The notes under the pieces are model-generated. The model was not told the DNA's origin. It saw nothing but the letters and a program-made list of their open reading frames with translations, and searched no databases. Made by a program: the position numbers and the translations under genes. Of a stretch of 38,762 nucleotides of DNA, positions 27,517 through 35,006 are shown one piece after another. This DNA is from a virus. Lineage: Duplodnaviria; Caudoviricetes. The stretch lies in the IMG/VR virus record IMGVR_UViG_3300012942_000022, positions 1-38,762 of that record; one strand, written 5' to 3'. How positions within the stretch are numbered: the stretch's first letter is position 1; each line of letters starts with the position of its first letter.

Positions 27517-27535
27517 GACTGATTTGGTTATGGAC

Positions 27536-28519
27536 TTATAAAGCCGCCTCCGGCACTTTCATACCGGCGAGCATCTTCTTGACCTGGTCTTGTATCGCTT
27601 CGCCGGTAAGCGGCGCCTCTTTGCGCAGGTAGGCCTCCACGTACGCATTCACGTCCTTCCAGAAGCTCGCCTCGTTCCTCGAGTCGTTGAGAAGCCCGTT
27701 CATGATTCCGGCCGAGACGAAGGTCTCGATGCCCGGGCTGAACTTCTTGTAGCGGTGGTTCGCGAGGAAGTAGAGGGCGAGCTGCTCCATGAGCTCCCAG
27801 GAGGGCTGATGCTTCTTCAGGAAGTTGCCGAGGTTCCTGCGTACGGCTGCGGTGATGACGAGCGGGATGTCGAGATGCCGGGCGCGTACGGCAGTCTCCC
27901 CGTACCACCCCAGGAATTCATTGAAACGGGATGGTGCGGAAATCTTTTCCGCTATACTTTGTTTCTCTTTGTTTCTCTTTGTTTTGTGGTGTCGGCTATT
28001 GCCAGCAGGGGGGCTGCTGGCTAGGCCGACAGGGACCCTGCTGGCTAGGCCAGCACCCTGTCGGCTATTGCCAGCAGGGTTTATTTCGCCGAAGAGGTTC
28101 GCTTGTTTGCCACGCGACCTACGAGTCGAATTGCGTCCCTTCCACGCTTCCAGGCACTGTTTTACCGCCCTCTCGGGGTCTATTTCGAGGTTGATGCGAT
28201 ACCCATTCGGGGACCCGTTGGAATTGGAGACTTTTTGGATGATTCCCGCGCTATCGAGGTCGTCGAGGCAGCCTCGCGCGGTGCTGTACGCGACTCCGGC
28301 GCCATAGTCGAGCCGGATGCCTTCCTTGGAGGTGATGCCGCGCACGAATTGCATAAGCCCTATGCGGTCGCTCTTCTTGCCGAAGCCGAACGTACGGCGG
28401 CAGATATAGCGAAGCACCCGCTCATGTTCCGGAGACGGCAAGCGCGGCATGACGAGATCCATCAGGATGTTCGGTACCTGCGTGCTGTTCGGAATAAGGC
28501 TGGTGCGTTCGCTTTTCAT
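27536..28519 (-). CDS. Replication initiator, lambda O-like N-terminal wHTH
   Basis: NSTQVPNILMD...RVLRYICRRTFGFGKKSDRI; internal repeat-encoded linker. Confidence 0.8.
   Translation of the reverse strand: MKSERTSLIPNSTQVPNILMDLVMPRLPSPEHERVLRYICRRTFGFGKKSDRIGLMQFVRGITSKEGIRLDYGAGVAYSTARGCLDDLDSAGIIQKVSNSNGSPNGYRINLEIDPERAVKQCLEAWKGRNSTRRSRGKQANLFGEINPAGNSRQGAGLASRVPVGLASSPPAGNSRHHKTKRNKEKQSIAEKISAPSRFNEFLGWYGETAVRARHLDIPLVITAAVRRNLGNFLKKHQPSWELMEQLALYFLANHRYKKFSPGIETFVSAGIMNGLLNDSRNEASFWKDVNAYVEAYLRKEAPLTGEAIQDQVKKMLAGMKVPEAAL
27957..28079. repeat. Putative replication origin: iterons plus T-rich tandem repeats inside the initiator gene
   Basis: TGTCGGCTATTGCCAGCAGGG at 27990 and 28059; CTGCTGGCTAGGCC at 28014 and 28038; CTTTGTTTCT x~3 at 27957-27985. 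Confidence 0.7.
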
Positions 28520-28713
28520 ATTTTGGTCTTGCTGTATACGCTTCCCACGACTTCATCGAATCGCTTCTTGCTCATATGGAAGCGACATTCGCCTTTCCCT
28601 CGCTGATCGCTCGAGCAGCGAACGTCGCCAGATGGAGCCTCATACAGGGACTGGCTGCACTTAGGGCATAGAAAGTTCTTCAGGTTATTCCAGTTGAGCT
28701 TCGTTTCTGTCAT
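28516..28713 (-). CDS. Small zinc-ribbon protein (paralog of 23958-24143)
   Basis: WNNLKNFLCPKC...C...CRF. Confidence 0.7.
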   Translation of the reverse strand: MTETKLNWNNLKNFLCPKCSQSLYEAPSGDVRCSSDQRGKGECRFHMSKKRFDEVVGSVYSKTKI

Positions 28714-29111
28714 ACGCGGTACTTGCTATGGAATGCATTGAGCAGATCTTCGAGAATGGAACAGTGCATCTCCTCCTCCGGCGTCGCCTCGTCAATGGAG
28801 ATCGGCAAGAGGCGCATGCCCCTGCGCGCCATGAGACAGTTCGCTGCATGGTCGAGCTCGTGCGCTACCATGCCGAGCGTCATGTCGCGGCGGTTCAGGA
28901 AGATGACGGCGAGTCGGTTCTTCGGCAGGAGCGACGGCGTGCCTTCGCAGTACGCCATAGTGTCGCGCGTAACGTTCGAGTACATGCCGCGCACGAATTT
29001 CTTTGCGGCTAAACGCATCTGCGTCCGGTTCTCATACACGCGGCATTCGGTCAGGAGCGCCGTGCCACGGATGGAGAGAGTGAACGTGATCGGTTTGGCC
29101 GGAGTCGTCAT
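28710..29111 (-). CDS. HExxH (zincin-like) protein
   Basis: MVAHELDHAA plus downstream EEEMHC; ATGA-coupled to target 2. Confidence 0.65.
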   Translation of the reverse strand: MTTPAKPITFTLSIRGTALLTECRVYENRTQMRLAAKKFVRGMYSNVTRDTMAYCEGTPSLLPKNRLAVIFLNRRDMTLGMVAHELDHAANCLMARRGMRLLPISIDEATPEEEMHCSILEDLLNAFHSKYRV

Positions 29112-29590
29112 ACCGGCTTGAAGATTACGTATCCAGCCTCCTTCACCTTCGTTATCGCAGTCTCAAGTTCCAAGTCACGAGTACCCGAATCCGAGGACCG
29201 AGAATCAGTTGCGAGGGAGAACACGCGGCGGCCTGCGCGCCAACCGTCCCCGCGAGGCCAGCCGCCCACGACCCACCCGCCGACGAACCAGTGCACGTCC
29301 ACGACGCGCGACGAGCCTTTGACATAGAAGAGGTTTGCATAGCCGTCTTTCATCTCGTCAGTCGCCGTATCGAGCGTGGCAAGGATGTCGCCGAGCTCGC
29401 ACTCGCCCTGGAACACTTCCTTATCGCCCAGTATCTCGTCGCCGGTCATGTAGCGTTCCAGCTTCTTGAACGGAAGGACCGTACCTGGCTTCACGTCCTG
29501 CTCTCCGTAGAGATCCGTGAAGTCGGAGTCTACCCAGCCGATACCGTGCTTGCCTTTCTTGAATTCATTCTTTGCTTTGGTGGTTTTCAT
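29108..29590 (-). CDS. DGR target protein 2 (160 aa), paralog of target 1
   Basis: Start MKTTKAK (ATGA-coupled); DGYANLFY followed by VR2; ~34-aa tail after the VR. Confidence 0.92.
   Translation of the reverse strand: MKTTKAKNEFKKGKHGIGWVDSDFTDLYGEQDVKPGTVLPFKKLERYMTGDEILGDKEVFQGECELGDILATLDTATDEMKDGYANLFYVKGSSRVVDVHWFVGGWVVGGWPRGDGWRAGRRVFSLATDSRSSDSGTRDLELETAITKVKEAGYVIFKPV
29212..29312 (-). repeat. DGR variable repeat VR2
   Basis: 18 mismatches to TR, all at TR adenines; encodes SRVVDVHWFVGGWVVGGWPRGDGWRAGRRVFSL. Confidence 0.97.
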
Positions 29591-29904
29591 AGGTCTTCGA
29601 TAGGTACTCTTTTTTGATATTGCGAATACGTCTTGTATTGCCACGCTTCGGCGATAACGCCGATCAATTTATCCAATTCAAGTGCGATTTCGCGTTGCGT
29701 CCGATGCTGGGTTCGATATTCCTTCATCAACACGAATTCGTTCTCGTTAAGGTCCTTATCTCCGCCTTCTTCGAATCCGGATCTCGAGCGCGATTGAAGT
29801 TCCGATGGTTCCCAGCCAGCGCGCACTACAGCGTTCCAATGGCGAAAGCAATATCCGCGTGCGCTGTGTTTTCGAGGACAGCCTTCGACTGTGCAGAACC
29901 TCAT
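29587..29904 (-). CDS. Zn-binding + HTH-like protein
   Basis: CTVEGC...ARGYCFRH N-terminal motif; TQREIALELD. Confidence 0.6.
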   Translation of the reverse strand: MRFCTVEGCPRKHSARGYCFRHWNAVVRAGWEPSELQSRSRSGFEEGGDKDLNENEFVLMKEYRTQHRTQREIALELDKLIGVIAEAWQYKTYSQYQKRVPIEDL

Positions 29905-30380
29905 AACGTAAGCGGTTTAGTTGTCTCGGAAGGATCAGGTTTGCGGTTCCTAAGCTTTTCTACGTGAGAGCACGTGCCGCGATAATAGAAACCACGGCAG
30001 TCGCACGCCATTCTTCCTGCACTCTCCTTGAGCGTATGCGTCCCTCCTCGATCTGAAGCGCTCGGTACCTGGTGGAAAGTCGGAGGATTCGAGATTGCGC
30101 GAGGCGAGATCGCGGGAACGTCTTTCATTCTCCACGCGTGCACTTCACGGCCCGTTATCTTGCAAACTCGACGGCGAGATTCTTCGAGAATATACATCGC
30201 TCGTAATTCCTTTACGCGGCCAGTGACGCGATTGATAGACCAATCGAGGGCTTGCGCAAGTTCACTGTTGGTAAAATCCCTCTCCGGATTCTGCTCAAAT
30301 ACCTCAAGGACATATATCTGGCGCGCGCCAAGTGTCGGCGCAATCTCATTCAGATAGGATTTGATGGAAGTATTGACCAT
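29901..30380 (-). CDS. Winged-HTH + SWIM zinc-finger protein
   Basis: FTNSELAQALDWSINRVTGRVKEL; CDCRGFYYRGTCSH. Confidence 0.75.
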   Translation of the reverse strand: MVNTSIKSYLNEIAPTLGARQIYVLEVFEQNPERDFTNSELAQALDWSINRVTGRVKELRAMYILEESRRRVCKITGREVHAWRMKDVPAISPRAISNPPTFHQVPSASDRGGTHTLKESAGRMACDCRGFYYRGTCSHVEKLRNRKPDPSETTKPLTL

Positions 30381-30474
30381 GATTTTCCTGTGAAGGCTTG
30401 GGTGCAAAATTTTTTGCTGCCCATTCCTGCCCCCTTGAGTCGACTAAAAGGAGCAGGGTGGGAAGCCAAACGTG

Positions 30475-30588
30475 CTATTCCTCTTCGGAGGACTCAGCCT
30501 CTTCTTCTGCAAGTTCTTCCGAGTCGGCCTCTTCAACTTCTTCTTCCGACACTTCAGCTGCATCATCACGGACTTCTTCTTCGCTCAT
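30475..30588 (-). CDS. Very acidic 37-aa peptide
   Basis: MSEEEVRDDAAEVSEEEVEEADSEELAEEEAESSEEE (21/37 D+E); flanked by hairpins. Confidence 0.55.
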   Translation of the reverse strand: MSEEEVRDDAAEVSEEEVEEADSEELAEEEAESSEEE

Positions 30589-30680
30589 GTTTATGGCGCT
30601 ATTGGTAATTCGAGGGTTTCAGCCCCCGATTCCCGCCTCCCTTCGTACTCTTTCCCAAAGAGACGGGAATCGGAGTCCGA

Positions 30681-30854
30681 TCAGGCCCTAGGAATAAAGC
30701 CGCCAATAATGACGGCGAAAAACAGCACGCCGAGAACCACGACAATGAGCGTCCATTGCCGTTCAGTAAGGCCGAACAGTTCGTCACGATCGTCGTCTCG
30801 AGTGAATGGAAGATATTCCATCTCGACTTTGTTTGCTGAATTGACCATAGGCAT
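30681..30854 (-). CDS. Small single-TM membrane protein
   Basis: ...QWTLIVVVLGVLFFAVIIGGFIPRA; start uncertain. Confidence 0.55.
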   Translation of the reverse strand: MPMVNSANKVEMEYLPFTRDDDRDELFGLTERQWTLIVVVLGVLFFAVIIGGFIPRA

Positions 30855-31058
30855 CTCGTAAGGAGTAATGCCATCAATGAAAAACACGGCTTGCGCCGTG
30901 TTTGCCTAAATTATTCGCACCCGTATGAAAATCTCGCGGAGAGGTTTTTCGGGGTACCTCTCCTCTACCCCGCTATTACAGACTATAGCATAAGGAGAGG
31001 AGGTAGGCTAGACACGGACTGCCTAAGCTTCATTGATGGACTAAGTACAATATACTTC

Positions 31059-31238
31059 CTACTTGCCTACGTGTACAGGACCGGGTGTGGATAGAGAATT
31101 GAGCTCGTATCTAGACCACCGATACACGGTTTTAAGCGAACGATTCAATATGAACGCTATCTTTCTATATGTATATCCTTGTTCGCGTAGCTCCTGAGTA
31201 ATACGAGCCATTTCAAGGTCTTTCTTCGGAACGGGCAT
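31059..31238 (-). CDS. Small HTH DNA-binding protein (59 aa)
   Basis: LREQGYTYRKIAFILNRSLKTVYRW; starts 8 nt after the recombinase stop; below the ORF-track cutoff. Confidence 0.7.
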   Translation of the reverse strand: MPVPKKDLEMARITQELREQGYTYRKIAFILNRSLKTVYRWSRYELNSLSTPGPVHVGK

Positions 31239-31246
31239 TGGCAGGA

Positions 31247-32128
31247 TTATACCATACTTGCCGACTGAATGGCAGGAACTAAGTAGCGGAAATGGGCGTC
31301 TTTTGCGTGCTTTTGACGGATAGCAATGTAATGGCGGCGGGTCGTTTCCACCTTTGAATGGCCGAGCAGTACCGCCACGTATTCTATCGGACAGCCATTG
31401 ATGAGGAGGTTCGTGCTGTAGTTGTGTCGCATGGTGTGAAGCACGTAATGCTTCTGGATACCTGCGCGCGCGAGGAGCTGTTTGAACTGATTCTCCATAT
31501 ACCGAAGACTTGCCGGTCGAGCTGTTTTGGAATGCACCACGAACAGATTCGGTAATTCATCCGTGCGCTGCTCGAGATACTTCTCTACCCATATATGTAC
31601 CGAGTCGTTAAAATACACTGACCGCTTCTTCTTTCCCTTGCCAACTATCTCTATCTCTTTCCGGTCGCGTACGTCATCGCGCGTGAGCCGTAAAGCTTCT
31701 GAAGGTCGCAGGCCAGTATTCGTCATAACCTCGATGAAGGTGCGCATACGGAGATCATTTAGGCTTTGTGCATCGAGCGCTTCGATAATCAAATTGAGTT
31801 CGTCTCGCTCTATGAAGTCTACCGCGTCCGGCGCGTCCACATGCGGGATTGAGACATGCCATACGGTGTCTATGCGACCAGATTCATTCAGGTATTTAAG
31901 AAACCGCTTGAGCGCCCAGAGCACGTTAGCTATATGCCCGGTCGAGTGCTCCTCTTCGCGTAAGCGAAGCACATATCTCTTTACTGCATCCATCGTTATC
32001 TCCTCTGGAGAGGAGATATTGCAAAGAAAGAAATACCGCCGGAGATCCTTCGCGTACTTTGCGATAGTCTCTAAAGAACGTCCTTCACGCACCATCTCTT
32101 CGCGCAGTCCTGTCAGGTATATATCCAT
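31247..32128 (-). CDS. Tyrosine recombinase/integrase 1 (XerD-like size)
   Basis: TGLRPSE, GKGKK, HTMRH, LGH and HY catalytic motifs intact. Confidence 0.92.
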   Translation of the reverse strand: MDIYLTGLREEMVREGRSLETIAKYAKDLRRYFFLCNISSPEEITMDAVKRYVLRLREEEHSTGHIANVLWALKRFLKYLNESGRIDTVWHVSIPHVDAPDAVDFIERDELNLIIEALDAQSLNDLRMRTFIEVMTNTGLRPSEALRLTRDDVRDRKEIEIVGKGKKKRSVYFNDSVHIWVEKYLEQRTDELPNLFVVHSKTARPASLRYMENQFKQLLARAGIQKHYVLHTMRHNYSTNLLINGCPIEYVAVLLGHSKVETTRRHYIAIRQKHAKDAHFRYLVPAIQSASMV

Positions 32129-32325
32129 ACAAGCACAAAGCCCCGACTGCTACATCGGGGCTGGAGGCGCAATAGCCATCCCTGCGCTATGCCGTTTCCG
32201 CTCCGATCTCCCGGAGGCGGGCGTAAGGCCATCATACCGCTCTATTGGCCGGTATGATAATGCCCTTCGACAAGCTGCCCCGCCGGTAGCAGTCGCCTCT
32301 TTACGGGGCGGCGGCGGTTAGCTAG
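32129..32325 (-). ncRNA. Multi-hairpin RNA/leader ending in a terminator-like stem just before recombinase 1
   Basis: About five stem-loops; the last is AGCCCCGAT-GTAGCA-GTCGGGGCT-TTGTGCTT. Confidence 0.45.
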
Positions 32326-32339
32326 TAAAGTACGGTTTC

Positions 32340-32368
32340 TTCTTACGCCTATATAGAAAAAGTGTCAA
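32340..32368 (-). promoter_or_regulatory. Sigma70-like promoter TTGACA-N17-TAAGAA
   Basis: Perfect -35 with 17-nt spacer, weak -10; upstream of the structured leader and recombinase 1. Confidence 0.45.
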
Positions 32369-32374
32369 GCGATA

Positions 32375-32404
32375 CAAAGACCACGCCTCATAAGCAGCGT
32401 GGTC
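32375..32404 (-). terminator. Probable terminator of the lysis operon
   Basis: GACCACGC-N10-GCGTGGTC-TTTGT on the minus strand. Confidence 0.5.
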
Positions 32405-32691
32405 AGTTGATCGAGATCACCTCCTTCCTATTGAAATTGGAATCGTTTCGGAACGTAGAGCGCAGGATACTTTTCAGGTATGACCCGCGGATTCTTAGGC
32501 TCCTCGACGGAAATAGGTATTGGATGGCAGCGACCGCCAGAGCATCTGGGCATACTTCCCCAGGGCCAGCGCTGCCGACACGTAACACAGAACATGTGCA
32601 TACGACATATTTCACCTCCTGTGCTTGAGCACGTGGACGATGAGGGCGAGCATCACGACGAATACGACGTATCCGACGAGTATATAGCGCC

Positions 32692-32868
32692 TCATTTCCC
32701 GTCGCTCGGATGGATGGGAAGCTGCGCGCGCTCCCTCGGCATCTTGAAGTTCGGCTGTGCCATAGCCCATCGCGCATGATTCTCAGGATGCGGATAGGTA
32801 TGTCCGCCGCATCCGGCGCTGCACTCCTCACCGAAGCCAGGCGCGCCGCAGTTGATGCAATACCTCAT
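32692..32868 (-). CDS. Small Cys-rich protein
   Basis: GGAG RBS then MRYCINCG...CSAGCG. Confidence 0.5.
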   Translation of the reverse strand: MRYCINCGAPGFGEECSAGCGGHTYPHPENHARWAMAQPNFKMPRERAQLPIHPSDGK

Positions 32869-32926
32869 TTCTACTCCTTTCAATATGCTTGAGAGCTCTT
32901 CTCCCGACGCTCACGAACGGGTCCGC

Positions 32927-33115
32927 CTACCAGCGACGGCTTGGCGTAGCCCCAAAGAGCGTAGATTGTCCGCTTGAAAGCTGATGGATAAGGACGACTA
33001 TAGAGCCTGCGATCTCGATAATCGTGCGGATGGTCGTCTCAATATCAGTTGCGGAAACGTGCGGGAAAATAGCCGCGATAAGCATTACTGCAGCAGCGAT
33101 ATAACTTGGTGCCAT
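32927..33115 (-). CDS. Small two-TM membrane protein, holin-like
   Basis: 62 aa, hydrophobic, follows the muralytic genes. Confidence 0.55.
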   Translation of the reverse strand: MAPSYIAAAVMLIAAIFPHVSATDIETTIRTIIEIAGSIVVLIHQLSSGQSTLFGATPSRRW

Positions 33116-33193
33116 GTAATTGGATTAAGGGATAAATCCGCGTAAGGCGCGGAAACGTGCAGGTGTCCGTGCACACCCGCACATTTCCGAGTC

Positions 33194-33796
33194 CTACGTA
33201 GCGAGATCCTCATAGTCGTATGTCATGAGTTCCCACATAGGCGAATCCTTAGCAAGCCACTCGCGATATACGCCGCTCGTCCAGCTTGCCCACAGAGATA
33301 GTCCGGAGGTTCTCTTCAGATGTTTCGCCATCCAGCGTACGCAGGCTTCAGGATTATCGAGCACGTATTGCACGGACGGGAATGGCATTCCCGGACCGAT
33401 GTTGTAATGGTCGTTCACTTGCACGATGCCGTAATCGGTCGACCACACTTCTCCCGTCTCCGGATCTCTGTTCTTGTTCGGCGTGGGATTGGTGAGGAAG
33501 CGTGACTCCTGGTAGACGCAAGCGCAGAGCGTATTCTTCTGCACGAGGGTCAGGCCTTCCTGGTCGCAGATGACTCGCACGTTATGGAAATTAGCCTTCT
33601 TGCTCGTCCAGGGAACGATAGTGGTCAAGTAGTCGCTCGGCTTCTCAACCGGCGCGGGGACAGCTTCAGGAGCCGGAGCAATCGGCGCAGGCGTATCCGG
33701 TTCGGAAGGTACTTCGGGTGTAAGAGGTTCTTGCTGCATATCCCATTTAAGTAAAGCGGCCAGAAGACGCATGATGTTCTCTATCCATTTCCACAT
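33194..33796 (-). CDS. Lysozyme-like / lytic transglycosylase (endolysin candidate)
   Basis: VYQES catalytic-Glu motif, DYGIVQVN, NPEACVRW; Pro-rich linker. Confidence 0.75.
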   Translation of the reverse strand: MWKWIENIMRLLAALLKWDMQQEPLTPEVPSEPDTPAPIAPAPEAVPAPVEKPSDYLTTIVPWTSKKANFHNVRVICDQEGLTLVQKNTLCACVYQESRFLTNPTPNKNRDPETGEVWSTDYGIVQVNDHYNIGPGMPFPSVQYVLDNPEACVRWMAKHLKRTSGLSLWASWTSGVYREWLAKDSPMWELMTYDYEDLAT

Positions 33797-34905
33797 ACGC
33801 GGGAGATAAGACGTGCGACTGCGTCAGTAATGGAATCAATGAGAGAAGTGGCCCCAACGCGGCTCTGGGCAGGATTGGTAAGAATATTCATCGCCTGGCG
33901 AGTGAGCGGACCGAAATGAGTACCATCGTCGCGTATACCGAAATCTGTTTGGAACTTTTCGAGTGCCGCCCTTGTCTCCGGCCCGAAATACGTCGTCGGC
34001 CCGTCAGGAATCGAATACCCGAGGGAGATAAGCGACAACTGAAGTGCCTCAACATCCATATCGAACATTCCATACCCTAGATTGCGCGAGAAAATATACT
34101 TCTCGCCAACAGTCTCGACTTCTCCATCGAACTCTTTTGCTACCGTGAAAATACCGCACCAAAGTATCTCGAATATCTTGTTAATTGTTGCTCTATCGAA
34201 ATACATCAACCCTCGATCGTATGGCTCTTCTCCCTGCCACGTTTTCCCCACAAGAAATACTTCTCCATCACGGATCAGTTTTCCCTGGGTGTCGTACCGA
34301 GTTGCTTTGGATATTTCCCAGTCGTGCCAGCCGTAGTGGTTCGGATTCCCGTCGAAGAGGAAGTCCGGAGCGATAGCACCCTTTACTACGTACCGAGACC
34401 ATTCCGGAAACCAAGGCGTACCCACCGACACCGGTCGCTTGCTATGCGCTATAACCGTACGAATACCATCGAAGAAATCAGGATAACGACCGACACGGAA
34501 AACGGCAGCACGCTTATGCTTCCCTGCTTCCTCTGACCTTTCTCCGAGCGCCTGCACGCCTGTATTCACGGCGGTTAGGAGTGAATCGCGAATGTCGTAC
34601 CCGCCTCGCGCGTTCGCGCCAGTCAGAGACTCCTGAAAGCCAGGGTTGTATTGCACGCCATCCTCGTCGGAGCAAACTGAGCAAGTCGTGTAATTGGTGC
34701 AGCCATACGGTTGCGCAGGAATGCCGAATACTGGATTAGGCTTGTTCTGGTCCGGTATTGGAAAACCTGCGTCTGCACTTATCTCATCAGGAATAGGCTC
34801 GGTGCTGCCTAATTTCGGCTTGAAAGTACGAAGATAGGAAAGATCTCTACTGTCAGGCTTTATTGGTTTGCCACCGAAGTGAAAGGTATTCGCAGGCTGA
34901 CTCAT
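33781..34905 (-). CDS. Papain-like Cys peptidase + C-terminal peptidoglycan-binding domain
   Basis: DQ...GCTNY and WH motifs; PG-binding LGYG..DVEALQ..L...GY...FGPETRAALEKFQ...FGPLTR. Confidence 0.7.
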   Translation of the reverse strand: MSQPANTFHFGGKPIKPDSRDLSYLRTFKPKLGSTEPIPDEISADAGFPIPDQNKPNPVFGIPAQPYGCTNYTTCSVCSDEDGVQYNPGFQESLTGANARGGYDIRDSLLTAVNTGVQALGERSEEAGKHKRAAVFRVGRYPDFFDGIRTVIAHSKRPVSVGTPWFPEWSRYVVKGAIAPDFLFDGNPNHYGWHDWEISKATRYDTQGKLIRDGEVFLVGKTWQGEEPYDRGLMYFDRATINKIFEILWCGIFTVAKEFDGEVETVGEKYIFSRNLGYGMFDMDVEALQLSLISLGYSIPDGPTTYFGPETRAALEKFQTDFGIRDDGTHFGPLTRQAMNILTNPAQSRVGATSLIDSITDAVARLISRVCGNG

Positions 34906-34912
34906 TACGCTA

Positions 34913-34956
34913 AGTCTAGCGAAATCGCTCTTTTATAGGGCGTAAATATTCCGACA
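34913..34956 (-). promoter_or_regulatory. Putative late promoter: TGTCGGAATATTT-N25-TAGACT
   Basis: Motif copy; ATG at 34905 lies 7 nt after the -10. Confidence 0.8.
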
Positions 34957-34962
34957 TCACGC

Positions 34963-34992
34963 AAACCAAAAGCCGTCCTTCCGGACGGCTTT
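34963..34992 (-). terminator. Intrinsic terminator after recombinase 2
   Basis: AAAGCCGTCC-GGAA-GGACGGCTTT-TGGTTT. Confidence 0.75.
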
Positions 34993-35006
34993 AATTCGGA
35001 ACATCG

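Noticed and set aside
25869-29312. CRISPR array
   Set aside because: Three dispersed 101-bp copies without regular repeat-spacer structure; no array seen anywhere in the window.
6361-30551. Additional TCCGACA hits (about 6361, 19274, 24049, 30545) as late promoters
   Set aside because: They are intragenic and lack the adjacent AT-rich half of the motif.
30882-31010. attP/dif site or tRNA in the control region
   Set aside because: Inverted repeats exist (e.g. AAACACGGC-TTGC-GCCGTGTTT at 30882-30903), but no tRNA cloverleaf or dif consensus could be supported.
32415-32430. 16S rRNA fragment
   Set aside because: Only ~12 nt match the 16S 3' end; better read as an SD sequence on the minus strand.
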